From Haliotis rufescens (Eukaryota): 64,000 nucleotides of DNA. The stretch lies in assembly GCF_023055435.1 (NCBI RefSeq), contig NW_025963802.1, forward strand, positions 23,250,001 to 23,314,000, given 5' to 3'. Positions 47,713 through 59,796 of the stretch are shown in pieces; within the stretch, counting starts at the first letter, position 1, and each line of letters starts with the position of its first letter. The notes beneath the pieces were generated by a model. It saw only the letters and a list, made by a program, of their open reading frames with translations, did not search any database and had not been told where the DNA came from. The translations under genes were made by a program, and so were the position numbers.

Positions 47713-49779
47713 AAATATTTAAGATGACGTCATTATCCCAAGGATCCCAAGGATCCCAAGGATCTTATATTGGTAAATATTTGCAAATAATTAAAGAATT
47801 AAAAATGAAAAATAAACAATTAATAACATAAGAAGAATATGGGCAATGATAATCGGCGGCATTGGGACATCCGAGTGAATCGCCTGCTTGTATTGCAGTG
47901 GCAAGTCAATCATTGTGTGGAATAGATGGTTGGTTCACGTCATGCAACGTGACAATTGCCCCATGTAGGCTGAACATAAGCAGTATGCTGACTGGTGGAG
48001 CTATGTAATAACTTGTTCCGCAGTTATGATTCCAGGTACACCTGAACGTGGTGGGCCTATTGGTTGCAAGTCTATCTGGCAATATGTTAAAACGTGAACA
48101 CTCCTGTTACCTCCCTCGGCTATGAAATGGCCCCATTTGAAGACAATGTTAAAACAGACAAATCTAACTGTTTAACACCCATGGCAACTGCTAGTTATTT
48201 CTGCAGATGTTTTAAGATTATCTTCATGTTTTTTATCTAGATTTTTGTTGACTGGCGGCAGACGTCGTAATTATATTTGTTTACACCGGGTCCTTCGCGA
48301 TCTCTGATTGAAAATTACGACAACCATAAGTGGGGTCGACCAAGTTCATTTGCGAACAAGGGTAGCTCATTTTCACGTCGATGTAGGCCTCATGTCGCCA
48401 GAATGCGCTAAGCTTTTTACCTTGTCGGAATAAAGAGAAGATTTTTCTGATTTTGAAGCTGTCTTAAAGGTTCAACAGATGAACAGTTATGGAATTCTGC
48501 ATCCGCTTTCTCAGTGTCAGTTTCGGTGAGAGATATTGTCAAAGTAAATTAAGCATGCCAAACACATATGTTTCACTGAAGACACCTATACAATAATTCT
48601 CTTACTCAACATTTATTTTGATTTCCATGTAGTTTATTTACATATATTCTGACTAGAAAGCAGGTGATGTTATTTTTTCAAACAGCAATTAAGAAGTAAA
48701 AGCGTAAGTCTGTTTTGATGGCATTATTCGGATGAAAGTTGTTTATGGAGACGGTTAATATCACTATAGTTGAACACGGAAATTAATTACACTTGGCTTA
48801 TAACGTTAGCGTTTGAAATGCGAAGTGTGGTATTATAACTGAATGACTCACCACAAATGACTCCAGCTAAGGGTAAAATTAGGATGCATGTATTAACATG
48901 ACGCAGGTCTGTAAACCTCTTATACGAAACACCTTTATTACATTACCAAAATACATTGTCAAATGTATCTAGGTGAAATCGTAAGTTCACTGGTTCCCGG
49001 GCTATGCGCTGAACAAGTCTGTGCGCCTGTTTATACGGCTAAGTGCCTGTTCACGTCTACGTTACAGCTCAAGTGCTCAGTTCAGGTCTACCATATGACG
49101 CTCAAGTATGACAATGATTAATTAGGACATGTACAGCCATGCCGATGCCGAGTGTTATGAATGAACAACGCCGGCGTAAGGGTCTAATCCAAGTGGTCAT
49201 TAGTGGTCGCAGAGAAACAAAGGGTCAAGTATTCCTGCTCAATACTGACCGAGAGTTGCTGTATGGATAGCGTGGTTTGACACATGTCGATCTTCAGCTC
49301 ATCTAAAGCTAATATTTCATCACTGAACCCTCTCGAAATGAAGCCTTGTTATTTCATTGGTTATGTTTTATAAACAACGATCTTATTTGTTTCGGACTTT
49401 TCCATCTTTTGCGTAAAGGGACCTGAAGTGCTTTGGCACAGTGGAGATTAATAGGGGATGCATCACGAGTTGACTGTCATAAGAATTCTTTGGTTCCGTT
49501 GTCTGTGCAAATCGGTCACGAATGTAGTTGAAGTAGATTTGTAATAATAAAATGTCACTTTTACGTCATCCTGGGAAAAGAATATCAATTATTAAATGCA
49601 TTTCAACTTTCACAACACAACACAATTGCTCGTGGCATTTGCGATCAACCACGGTTTACCCCCTTGTAATCAATAGAGTAAATTCGGCCAAGTTCTCATA
49701 AATAGTGTTGTCAAGTCCTATCTAAAGCATGCCAGTTTTCTCTCTATAAATATATAGCTAGGTATACAACTATCTACAG

Positions 49780-50600
49780 TGATATCCACTGAAGTAAAAT
49801 TTCAAGGGATCAAGAAAAACGACTTTACTTGTCGGTTTTTTTACTTATCCAATCTGCCTATGGTTCCGGAAAGAATAAAACTGTGTCAATTTCAGCTTTT
49901 CGACAGTTTGGTAATGCCAGGCGAGGCGTGCGGATTTGACAACATCTACACTATGGAAGGTGTCATTTACATTTTCTAAAATCATTAAGTATATGTGCTC
50001 CAAATTCCATGGTACATTGGAACTTGGAAGACTTCATCTATCAAACATAGTTAAAATGAGAATGATATGTTTGGGAACAACATTATTCCCCTGGAAACCA
50101 TCTAAACTATCCTTCTTGTATACAAGTTACAGTTTAATGACAAACCTATTTATAAATGGATAACATATATCAAACGAACTTTTGACGAACGTGGACCTAT
50201 ATATGGCTTTCACAAGGTTTAAACAATCGTATTTATTAAAAACATATTAGTTTTTGCAAAATTAAATGACATTAACCTTGTGTTGTGTTGGATAAGTGCA
50301 AGAGATAACCTTCCAAAGGTACAATACTGGGTATCATATAAACATTACTGTTTGAATACTACCAAGGGAAAATGTTTGGCGAGTCTTACTGAAGCTTAGA
50401 AATTGTAACCATAATCTACCTATTGAAACTGGGTGATGGAGAAAAATAAGTTTTAACCAAACAAATAGTTTTTAACGAAAGAAAGCAACGTTTACTACAT
50501 TGAGCCCAATATGTATAACATGAATTTTCTTTTCAATAATCCGCGATTAGGAACATTGAGAAAAGTGTACAAATTTTGTAAAAAACCCGTGCCATTGTTT
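49780..50600 (+). mobile_element. Decayed LINE ORF2 3' region (CR1 group, L2/Crack-like), C-terminal to the RT domain
   Basis: Frame-broken peptides QLFDSLVMP..GE.CGF, PNSMV..ELGRLHLSNIVKMRMIC (ELGR at 50020-50031) and KLRNCNHNLPIETG*W (NHNLPIETG at 50407-50433). These resemble the LFD.LV.PIL.YG.E.WG / GELGR / R.SNH.L.IE.GRW motifs of such LINEs. Confidence 0.75.
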
Positions 50601-51097
50601 TAACCTCTCAATACCTCTGTCCTTATTGAAATGTACATATACTGTTACCTTAGTGAATCAGTGCACATATGACTGCATGCTAGGCAAAGATGTGTTTCTA
50701 TTTGTTCTATAATTATATGTATATGTATTATGTTGTTGAAATGATTGTGTACCTCTGATGCCGCTGGCAGCGGTCTGGGTGTAAATGATCGTTCAATTTT
50801 TACCAGCTCTTAGCTTAACATAGGAAATACACTTTACTTACCTGAATGCTTATACTTATGCAGTCCGAACTCTAGTGATGACAGTTTATAAAGGATTTCG
50901 ATGGGACCAAAGAAAACGTTGCACTCAGCCGGGAAATGTACTTAGGCAGTTAATTCTGTATCTATTTCTCTGGAGCTAGATACTTAACTTTCTATCTATT
51001 GGGAGCTAGCTATTTACCTATTTCTGTAGCTGGAGCTTACTTTTTTCACTAAAATAGTATCATTTTATCTATAATAAAGCATACGACATGAGAATGG

Positions 51098-51200
51098 GTA
51101 GTCGTGTTGTGAAAACATATCTCGTCACGTTGGAAACCCGGGTTCAATTCTCAACATCCGGAATACCATTCTTGTAGCCATTCAAACCAACCCATTCACT
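51098..51200 (+). mobile_element. Decayed, internally deleted copy of the tRNA-derived SINE
   Basis: ctcgtcacgttggaaacccgggttcaattc matches ctcgtcacgccgaagacccgggttcgattc in the 33002 element. Confidence 0.6.
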
Positions 51201-53248
51201 TTGAACACCAACACTGATCGCACCAAAACTGCCCGCGAGGGGTCAAGTACACATATATGATTTAACAGTCCCACACAGGCACGTGTAGTCAGATAGCATT
51301 CCATGTAGGTCAGCCATTAAGGAACGGAAATTACTTGTACTGGTTTTATGACGGTAAATCACACATTTTGAGGTTTGTCCTTCATTATTAGAATCATGCC
51401 TGTCTCTGAAACCGTTCCTGATTGACTGCACTGAAGATGAAGAAGAAAGAGCTTTACTACTATCGTTTAAAACTAACACTTATCACCGGTGTTGGTGTAA
51501 TGAGGTAATGGTGCCAGCTACCAATATCAACTACAGCTGGCAGCTTTCCTACATTCCAGCTTACTTGGCCTGCCTAGCTGTCGCCCTACCCACTTCAATA
51601 GTTGAAAGAGGCCCCCGAGATCATAGGACCTAACCGTCGCCATGCTCGTTTATAATCAATCATATTTACCTAGGGGAGATAACTGCGTAGCATTATCCTG
51701 TATGTATTTGTCATCGTCAGATAGATTTTGATCAAACGTGTATTTTTTATCCTCGCAATCTAGACACCTCTGTTTTGTATATGTGTGGTGTTGAAAAGTT
51801 GAAGTAGACTTCTGAAACATTTAGTATCGTGAGCGACTGGACCACCGCTTGGAAAAATTGGAGAATTATTGCTATGATAAGATAACATCGTGAAATATAA
51901 CGGTGGCTTTGGACGGAGGTGGATTTCGGATTAGATCCTGTGTATAACCAGTAGTTGCCTTTTAAAACGAGTGATGTATTTTGTTGTGGTTGGTAGTTTT
52001 TCTTTCCGACATGCCGTGACCCAACTGAAGAACTGGTCAAAGCGACGTCAAACCAAACTCACGCACTCAATCTCCGACTGATACAACAGGATTCTCTTCG
52101 GGTGTGAAGTTGAACCCAATATAAACGTCTTCTCCGCTGGAGATTCCATGAACGTAATAATACACAACCACGGTGTGAATGTATATAACTGATACAGACA
52201 GGGGAAAAAACAGATCGTTTGAAACAAAAACTATTTTTAGTTCTTCACATTTGATGAATAAATTATTTGTTATATTTTTATTGAATGAACCAGTTTCTGT
52301 TCAGTCGTATGCTTCTTATTTCGTAATTTGTTCGTACAAGAGACAATCGTGTATACTGAGATAAGTGTGTATGTGTATCCTTTATCCTTCTCATGGGGAT
52401 GCCAGTAGGGGATGCACCATTTACCGGGACAATACAATGGGCATCTATTGTAACTAATCGGAGATAGTGATTAACGTAGTTCTCAGTGAGTTGGCGTGCC
52501 TGGCATTGAGCAAGAGCGTCGCGTTATCAGTCAATCCATCTAATCACCCAGCGACATCAAACACAGCAACGTCTTTACGTTACTTCGCTCATAATCGTCT
52601 CCCATCATCTTTTGATCAGTGACAGCTGTTGCGCTGTATAAAAACTACATCAAATAAACTCCCCACAGCGATTGTTACGAGATCACGTCTTATCTCGCAA
52701 TTCAGCTGCGAGATTTTGACGAGACGGAAATGGCGACCACCAGTGTGAAAATGACTGAGTTCCTGTCTACCGACCGCTCATTTTAACAACGCAACCAATT
52801 AACGATTATTCAGGCATGCAAACCATAACGGTTAATGTTGTACTGACCTTGAATTTGACCCAATGGAACCCTAAGTTAAAACCCAAACGTCTTCAATAGA
52901 ACGACACTTCATGCGATGTTGTTTGTTGTTGCTATATATTTCCAGTAGTTTCCAATTCTGTGTTGTTTTAAGTCGAATTTAGGTTTCATAATAGAAGGTC
53001 CGTTATCAATCCATTTTTAAATGAAGCCAAATCACCATGGTTAACATAAAACATTTACAGTAGAGATGTTTACACATTTTTATTTCCAAACCTCATAATT
53101 AATCGTATGATCTCACAGTCTATTGGTTGAAGGCTCGGCCTGTCGTCGTGTACCCAGCTGTATATATTATAGCATATAGCATGGCGTCATGTTACTGATA
53201 TTCAGTGCTTTCTTTTCCCCTGGATGTTTAAAGTAAGTCATGTTACAG

Positions 53249-53506
53249 AAAATACCGATGCATGTGACGTCCTAATGTTTATGAATGTGTAGTTGATGAT
53301 TTAATAGACACAATACCTAGATATATTTGACAAGTGAATCCTTTTGGCATTTGTTTTGTTTCCTACTTAAATTGTTTCGGCGAAGGAATGTTTCGTATAC
53401 ATCTAGTTATAGTTATAGGAAATACCTGTGCATATGACGTCATGGGTTGGTTATACCTAATGGTTATGAATGTGTAGTTGGTAATTTAATATTCACAATA
53501 CCCAGA
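53249..53506. repeat. Local imperfect direct duplication of about 75-85 bp (53249-53321 and 53420-53506)
   Basis: aaatacc..tgcat.tgacgtc...ctaatg.ttatgaatgtgtagttg.t.atttaata..cacaatacc.aga occurs twice. Confidence 0.8.
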
Positions 53507-54459
53507 AAAATGTTTTGTGATGTCCTCGTATTCGAGCGTGTAGAATCTGAATATGAAAACGAGGTATCGTAAAACAGGAGATGCCTCGGTGCGACCGACG
53601 TTCCCCATTACTTACATTGTCACTGCGGGTATTAATTTACGAGGGAGGAGAGTTAATCTGGAAGTAATGCTTGCAGAGGGAGGTAATTACAACAGCAATC
53701 CGTCTTTTAAAAGCGTATAACTGCTTTGTATACAACGTGTAGAGTTTTAACGAATTAATATCCGGAAAGACACTGGTAATCCCCCGGACCGATGCCATAT
53801 TCCGGAGCATTAGCGGCGCGTGTAATTATCCCCCCACCGCAAGATACATTGCGAATTTAGGAGCCCGACGCCTGAGTTAATTTAGACCAAAATGGAGGAT
53901 ACTTGTATCTCTCTGACAGAAAATTGCTCAGAAAAATGAGAGTTATATTCATAAATATGTTTTTCGACGCAGCGGAAATGAATGTACTTTGTGGGCACGG
54001 GCCTGCCGTCATCAGGAATCGCTAAAACTGAAATGAGAAATTAAGCGAACAGAGAGCCGTTACATGTATAATGACGTGACTAAGTGGTTCGGAGACGGTG
54101 CAATAACGACGTAACTTGATGTATATTGCACCGAGGAAATGTTGTTTTTTTTAAAGTTGCTCATATGACGCATTGTGATGTTCCCCCAGATCCGAAGAGA
54201 CACGAGCCGCCCATCTTTGCATTGAATGTACATTGCTCTTTTCCGTATAATACTTATAACTGTAATAAATCAGATGAAGATATCGGTTAGTATTTATCAT
54301 ATCAAGAAACACTCAAAAACAGAGGTGAGTTTTGTTAATCATTTTCACCATATTTTCCACCATTTCAGAAACAAATACATCAAAATTATTCAAATATTTC
54401 CATAGCGTACATTATAAATATTTTTAGCTCTGAACCTCTAACAGACCCCAGAGCACTGC

Positions 54460-54890
54460 ACCCATCCCCTTCTCATCTCTTGCAGCCTATACTCATCCAC
54501 TTCTCAGCTCCAGTAGCCTATATTCATCCCCTACGTTCACCCCAAGACTAACATCTAGTCTCTGAAATGAACATATTTTACAGAAAAAAACAGTTGTTAA
54601 CTTATAGTTATAAAAAATAATAAAAAGGAGCCCAGAGACTTTCTTCATTTTCAGATACTGCAGTAATCTAGACTTGCCAAACATTATAGACTTGCATGGG
54701 CTGTATTCGATAGATTTGTTTCAGGGTCTGTATGACAGACTAAGTTCACCCCCTTCCCGGCTCTAGCAGCTCATACTCACCCCCTTCACAGCGCAAGCAG
54801 CCTATACTCATCCCCTTTTCAGCTCTATGAGCCTACGCTCATCCCCTTTACAGCTCTAGCAGTCAATACGCATCCCCTTTTCAGATCTAG
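54460..54890. repeat. Degenerate about 31-bp repeat (gcagcctatactcatccccttttcagctcta) in two clusters
   Basis: Units at about 54460-54545 and 54745-54890. Confidence 0.7.
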
Positions 54891-57296
54891 GAAATAACTC
54901 AAGAAACATGAGGGTTCCTTAATGTTGTTGTTGTTGTTGTTGCATTAAGTGTTTGAGAGGGCGCCTTCTGCCTAAGCAATTTCGGCTGACCTGTCCCTCT
55001 TTGGGACTCCTGTGTGTGAGCAGGGTACACCTATCTATTGTGAGTTTGGTATTCACATCATTTCTGTTTTTGTATTGATTTGATTTCTATTTTCTTATAT
55101 TGATATAATTTCATTTTTATCCTTGGCTGTTCTGTTTATATACGTTCGAGTAGCTGTCCATCTTACAGAAATAGAGTTAGTTTGGTCTTCGCTATTGCAT
55201 CGCTTGGCTTTAGGAGATCTATCTAGGAGATAGCGGATCTAACTGCAATTCTGGTTTTAACCTATCCCGGGCTGGGGCATGGTCTTGACATTCTAATGAC
55301 ACGTGAGCAGCCTGATTGCATGATGAACATACCTTGTCATATGGTTCCTTAATACTCGAGGGTTCTTTATATAGAATTATTTCTGTTTAACCTTATACGA
55401 GATCATGAGTATATTTCAGGGACTATATTCTAGTCAACCAAGGGCAAGGAATAAGTTCGGACGGAGTGTTATCGGCGATTTGAACTTTACTGACAGTAAC
55501 AACAACGATTGTGATTTATTCTGTAACATTGGATTATATTTGTGATACAATGTTACAACATTAGTTATTCAATCAAGTCTCGCTCTCATTCCCGAATGTC
55601 ACGTGGGAGGAGATGTCACAATAAAGCTTAATACATTTTAGTCGGCATCACGGCGTATTTTCATTGAAACCGGACTCGAAGTTATAAAAAACAAAACAAA
55701 CTTAATTGTAATATTTCCGCCAGTTTTACAACCAGAAACATTGATTCTTTAAAATTGCTGGTGATGAAAAAAACTTATGTTTCCTGTTATCATATTTGCA
55801 TGAATGTGTCACTTGGCTATGATATACACGGGGTATACGGAAGAAAAATAAATATATTTATTAACGTGCCACGTGTTGTATTATATAAAATACACAATTA
55901 AAACACGATGAAGTAAAACATCTTGCCTGTCGGCCTACGAGGCACGTTTAACCTTGAAAAACAATAATTAAAAAAGGATAAAGAATATGACACATAGAGT
56001 CACACAAGACATTATTATCCTTTTTTCGTAAATAAATAACTCCGAGGGGAACGCGGCGGGGTTTAAAACAAGCGTTACTATTCATAACAAATACCTGCTT
56101 GTCGACTGAAGGTTCTAGGCTGAGGATATAATATCTTTCAAAAGATATCTGTCAAATCGTTACATTTTCTTAAAGTCATTAATATAAACTGCAAAGAGTG
56201 GGAGTAACATGCACAACCCTGGCGGACATCAGAATGTATCTGAAATATACATGTATCGCTACCGTTGATGCGAAACCATGCGTTCCTGTACATGGACTGA
56301 AGCATGACAAAATTACCCTTTACTGACCTTGAGAAGTTTACACCAATGACACATTGTTGGCGCCCATATTTGCTTCAATTTATAGATCAAAGGGATCTTG
56401 TTAAAAGGAATTGAATTAGGTTTTGTTTACTATTAATTCTCAAGCATAAATGGTAATTATTTTATTTTATTTATTTGGAAGTTTGCTGTGTTCTAAAACC
56501 CTCTGGACATGTGTGTCGGGCAACTTGCACACAGATGGCGCGATGTGTACCAGTGTAATATAGACATAGGGAGAATTTAAAAAGTAATGAGAAAGAATGA
56601 TTTAACGTCTTAGTTAATGTTCGTTTTAACCTTAGTGCCAGTGTTAGGTGGCATATACTTTAAAGCATGTCTAATGGTGTAGTTTGTCATTAATTTGATA
56701 TTAAATCACTGGATATTAAATTTAATCAAATATGCAAACTGGGTTTTTTTCTAAACCACGCTGACTTTGGACATTTAATTCTTCCTTAGATGAGCACAAT
56801 CTAAAAACTTGCAACTCTAACAACAGGTGTTAATACGATAATATGCACGGCTCGACGAAAATGCGAGGACTTCGGTCCAGATTCTGGGCAATAGATAACA
56901 CTGCATCGAGCCCATAACGAGGATAAAGGCATCACATCTCCTTTATGTCTAACATCGTGACATTTCCATTAGTTTGATAGGCTGTTTGTAACACTTTCTC
57001 TCCCCCGGCGTTACCGACTAGCTAATATGTGTTTTTAACCCAATCTTTATCTATTTTATATTAAACATTACAGCGTTTAAGCGTCACACCAACAGCTGAT
57101 GTAATGAGAAGGGGATCAGTGCTGGTACTTGATAGCGCGAATGTGTTTGCTAGTTTTGATGTTCATATCAGTAATTTAATGTGCATATAGATACGGCAAT
57201 ACCGCAAATTACAATATAAGGTTCCGTAATGGAATATATACGTACCTTGCAACACAATGTTTAAACAAACAAACAAGCGAACATAACCCGTTAAGC

Positions 57297-57640
57297 CTTT
57301 GACCAATGAAAGCTTGATGTCGGTTTACACGTAATACACTTGTTATGAGTGAAACTAACGTCTTTACGCGTAAAACTTACTTCCAATCGATGGATTTAGC
57401 TTTACGGGTAAGATACTATTTTATACGCGTAGCAATTTGTTTAGGTGTAAAACCACATTGACTATTCATTTGTCAAAGTATTTACACGTATTGAGTTTAG
57501 CTTTACGCGTAAAACAAATACCTTTACTTGTATATGACCAGCTTTTCACGTAAAACAACTAGGTTCACGCTAAAGTCAGCTTATGTAGATTTCCCATTGG
57601 TCAAAGTCTTTACGCGTAATGAATTTAGCATTACGCTTAA
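57297..57640. repeat. Interspaced array of palindromic TTTACGCGTAAA-like motifs with a CTTTGACCAATG inverted pair
   Basis: About 11 motif copies (see findings). The inverted 12-mers are at 57297-57308 and 57595-57606. Confidence 0.75.
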
Positions 57641-57713
57641 AGTGTAGCATCTTCTGCCCCTGCTCGTTAACCATAAAGTCATGGCACATTCTTGTGGCAC
57701 CGAGTATGACACG

Positions 57714-57724
57714 AACACACACAC

Positions 57725-57761
<37 letters not shown>

Positions 57762-57768
57762 CACACAC
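57714..57768. repeat. Compound (CA)n/(CACG)n microsatellite
   Basis: Seen directly. Confidence 0.95.
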
Positions 57769-58065
57769 AATAAAATTCTCAATATGCTTAACATTGCATG
57801 CGTCGAACTAGATATGTTTGTTAGGTTCGAACGTATATAAGGTTTAACCAAGAAGGAAATACTTCGATGTCACGGTTTGGATTATCGTTACAGTATGTCT
57901 CGGCACAGTATGGTACAAACAACAACAAAGACTGCATGTTTCAAGTTAATTGAGTCTTTTTCTATACATTTTGACATAATGAAGTAACATATTGCTGATG
58001 GCAAATTTAAAAGAATTTCCATAATATGACATCTAATAGTGCTATCTGACTGAATCCACAGTGGG

Positions 58066-59796
58066 ACCGTGTCCAACCTACCCTCGTAAGCTGGACAGTA
58101 TCCACCCTACCCTCGTATTGATGGACAGTATCCACCCTACCCTCGTATTGATGGACAGTATCCGGCCTGCCCTCGTATTGGTGGACAGTGTCAAACCTAC
58201 CCTCGTATTGATGGACAGTGTCCGGCCTACCCTCGTATTGATGGACAGTGTCCGGCCTACCCTCGTATTGATGGACTGTGTCCGGCCTACCCTCGTATTG
58301 ATGGACAGTATCCAACCTACCCTCGTATTGATGGACAGTGTCCAACCTACCCTCGTATTGATGGACTGTGTCCAACCTACCCTCGTATTGATGGACAGTA
58401 TCCGGCCTGCCCTCGTATTGATGGACAGTATCCAACCTACCCTCGTATTGATGGACAGTATCCAACCTACCCTCGTATTGATGGACAGTATCCAACCTAC
58501 CCTCGTATTGATGGACAGTATCCGGCCTACCCTCGTATTGATGGACAGTATCCAACCTACCCTCGTATTGATGGACTGTGTCCAACCTACCCTCGTATTG
58601 ATGGACAGTGTCCGGCCTACCCTCGTATTGATGGACAGTGTCCGGCCTACCCTCGTATTGATGGACAGTATCCGGCCTACCCTCGTATTGATGGACAGTA
58701 TCCGGCCTGCCCTCGTATTGATGGACAGTATCCGGCCTACCCTCGTATTGATGGACTGTGTCCAACCTACCCTCGTATTGATGGACAGTATCCACCCTAC
58801 CCTCGTATTGATGGACAGTATCCGGCCTGCCCTCGTATTGGTGGACAGTGTCAAACCTACCCTCGTATTGATGGACAGTGTCCGGCCTACCCTCGTATTG
58901 ATGGACAGTGTCCGGCCTACCCTCGTATTGATGGACAGTGTCCAACCTACCCTCGTATTGATGGACTGTGTCCGGCCTACCCTCGTATTGATGGACAGTA
59001 TCCGGCCTACCCTCGTATTGATGGACAGTATCCGGCCTACCCTCGTACTGACGAACAGTATCCAACCTACCCTCGTATTGATGGACAGTGTCCAACCTAC
59101 CCTCGTATTGATGGACAGTGTCCGGCCTACCCTCGTATTGATGGACAGTGTCCAACCTACCCTCGTATTGATGGACAGTGTCCGGCCTACCCTCGTATTG
59201 ATGGACTGTGTCCGGCCTACCCTCGTATTGATGGACAGTGTCCGGCCTACCCTCGTATTGATGGACAGTGTCCAACCTACCCTCGTATTGATGGACAGTG
59301 TCCGGCCTACCCTCGTATTGATGGACTGTGTCCGGCCTACCCTCGTATTGATGGACAGTGTCCGGCCTACCCTCGTATTGATGGACAGTGTCCGGCCTAC
59401 CCTCGTATTGATGGACAGTGTCCGGCCTACCCTCGTATTGATGGACAGTGTCCGGCCTACCCTCGTATTGATGGACAGTGTCCAACCTACCCTCGTATTG
59501 ATGGACAGTGTCCGGCCTACCCTCGTATTGATGGACTGTGTCCGGCCTACCCTCGTATTGATGGACAGTGTCCGGCCTACCCTCGTATTGATGGACTGTG
59601 TCCAACCTACCCTCGTACTGACGAACAGTATCCGGCCTACCCTCGTACTGACGAACAGTATCCAACCTACCCTCGTACTGACGAACAGTATCCCTCCTAC
59701 CCTCGTATTGGTGGACAGTGTCAAACCTACCCTCGTATTAATGGACAGTATCCGGCCTACCCGCGTATTGATGGACAGTATCCGACCTACCCGCGT
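58066..59796. repeat. 30-bp minisatellite, about 57 near-identical copies (cctaccctcgtattgatggacagtgtccgg)
   Basis: Every 60-nt line is two units. It explains the 548-609 aa ORFs on both strands. Confidence 0.98.

Noticed and set aside
57297-57640. CRISPR array
   Set aside because: Repeats are only about 12 bp and degenerate, spacers are irregular, the context is eukaryotic and there are no cas genes.
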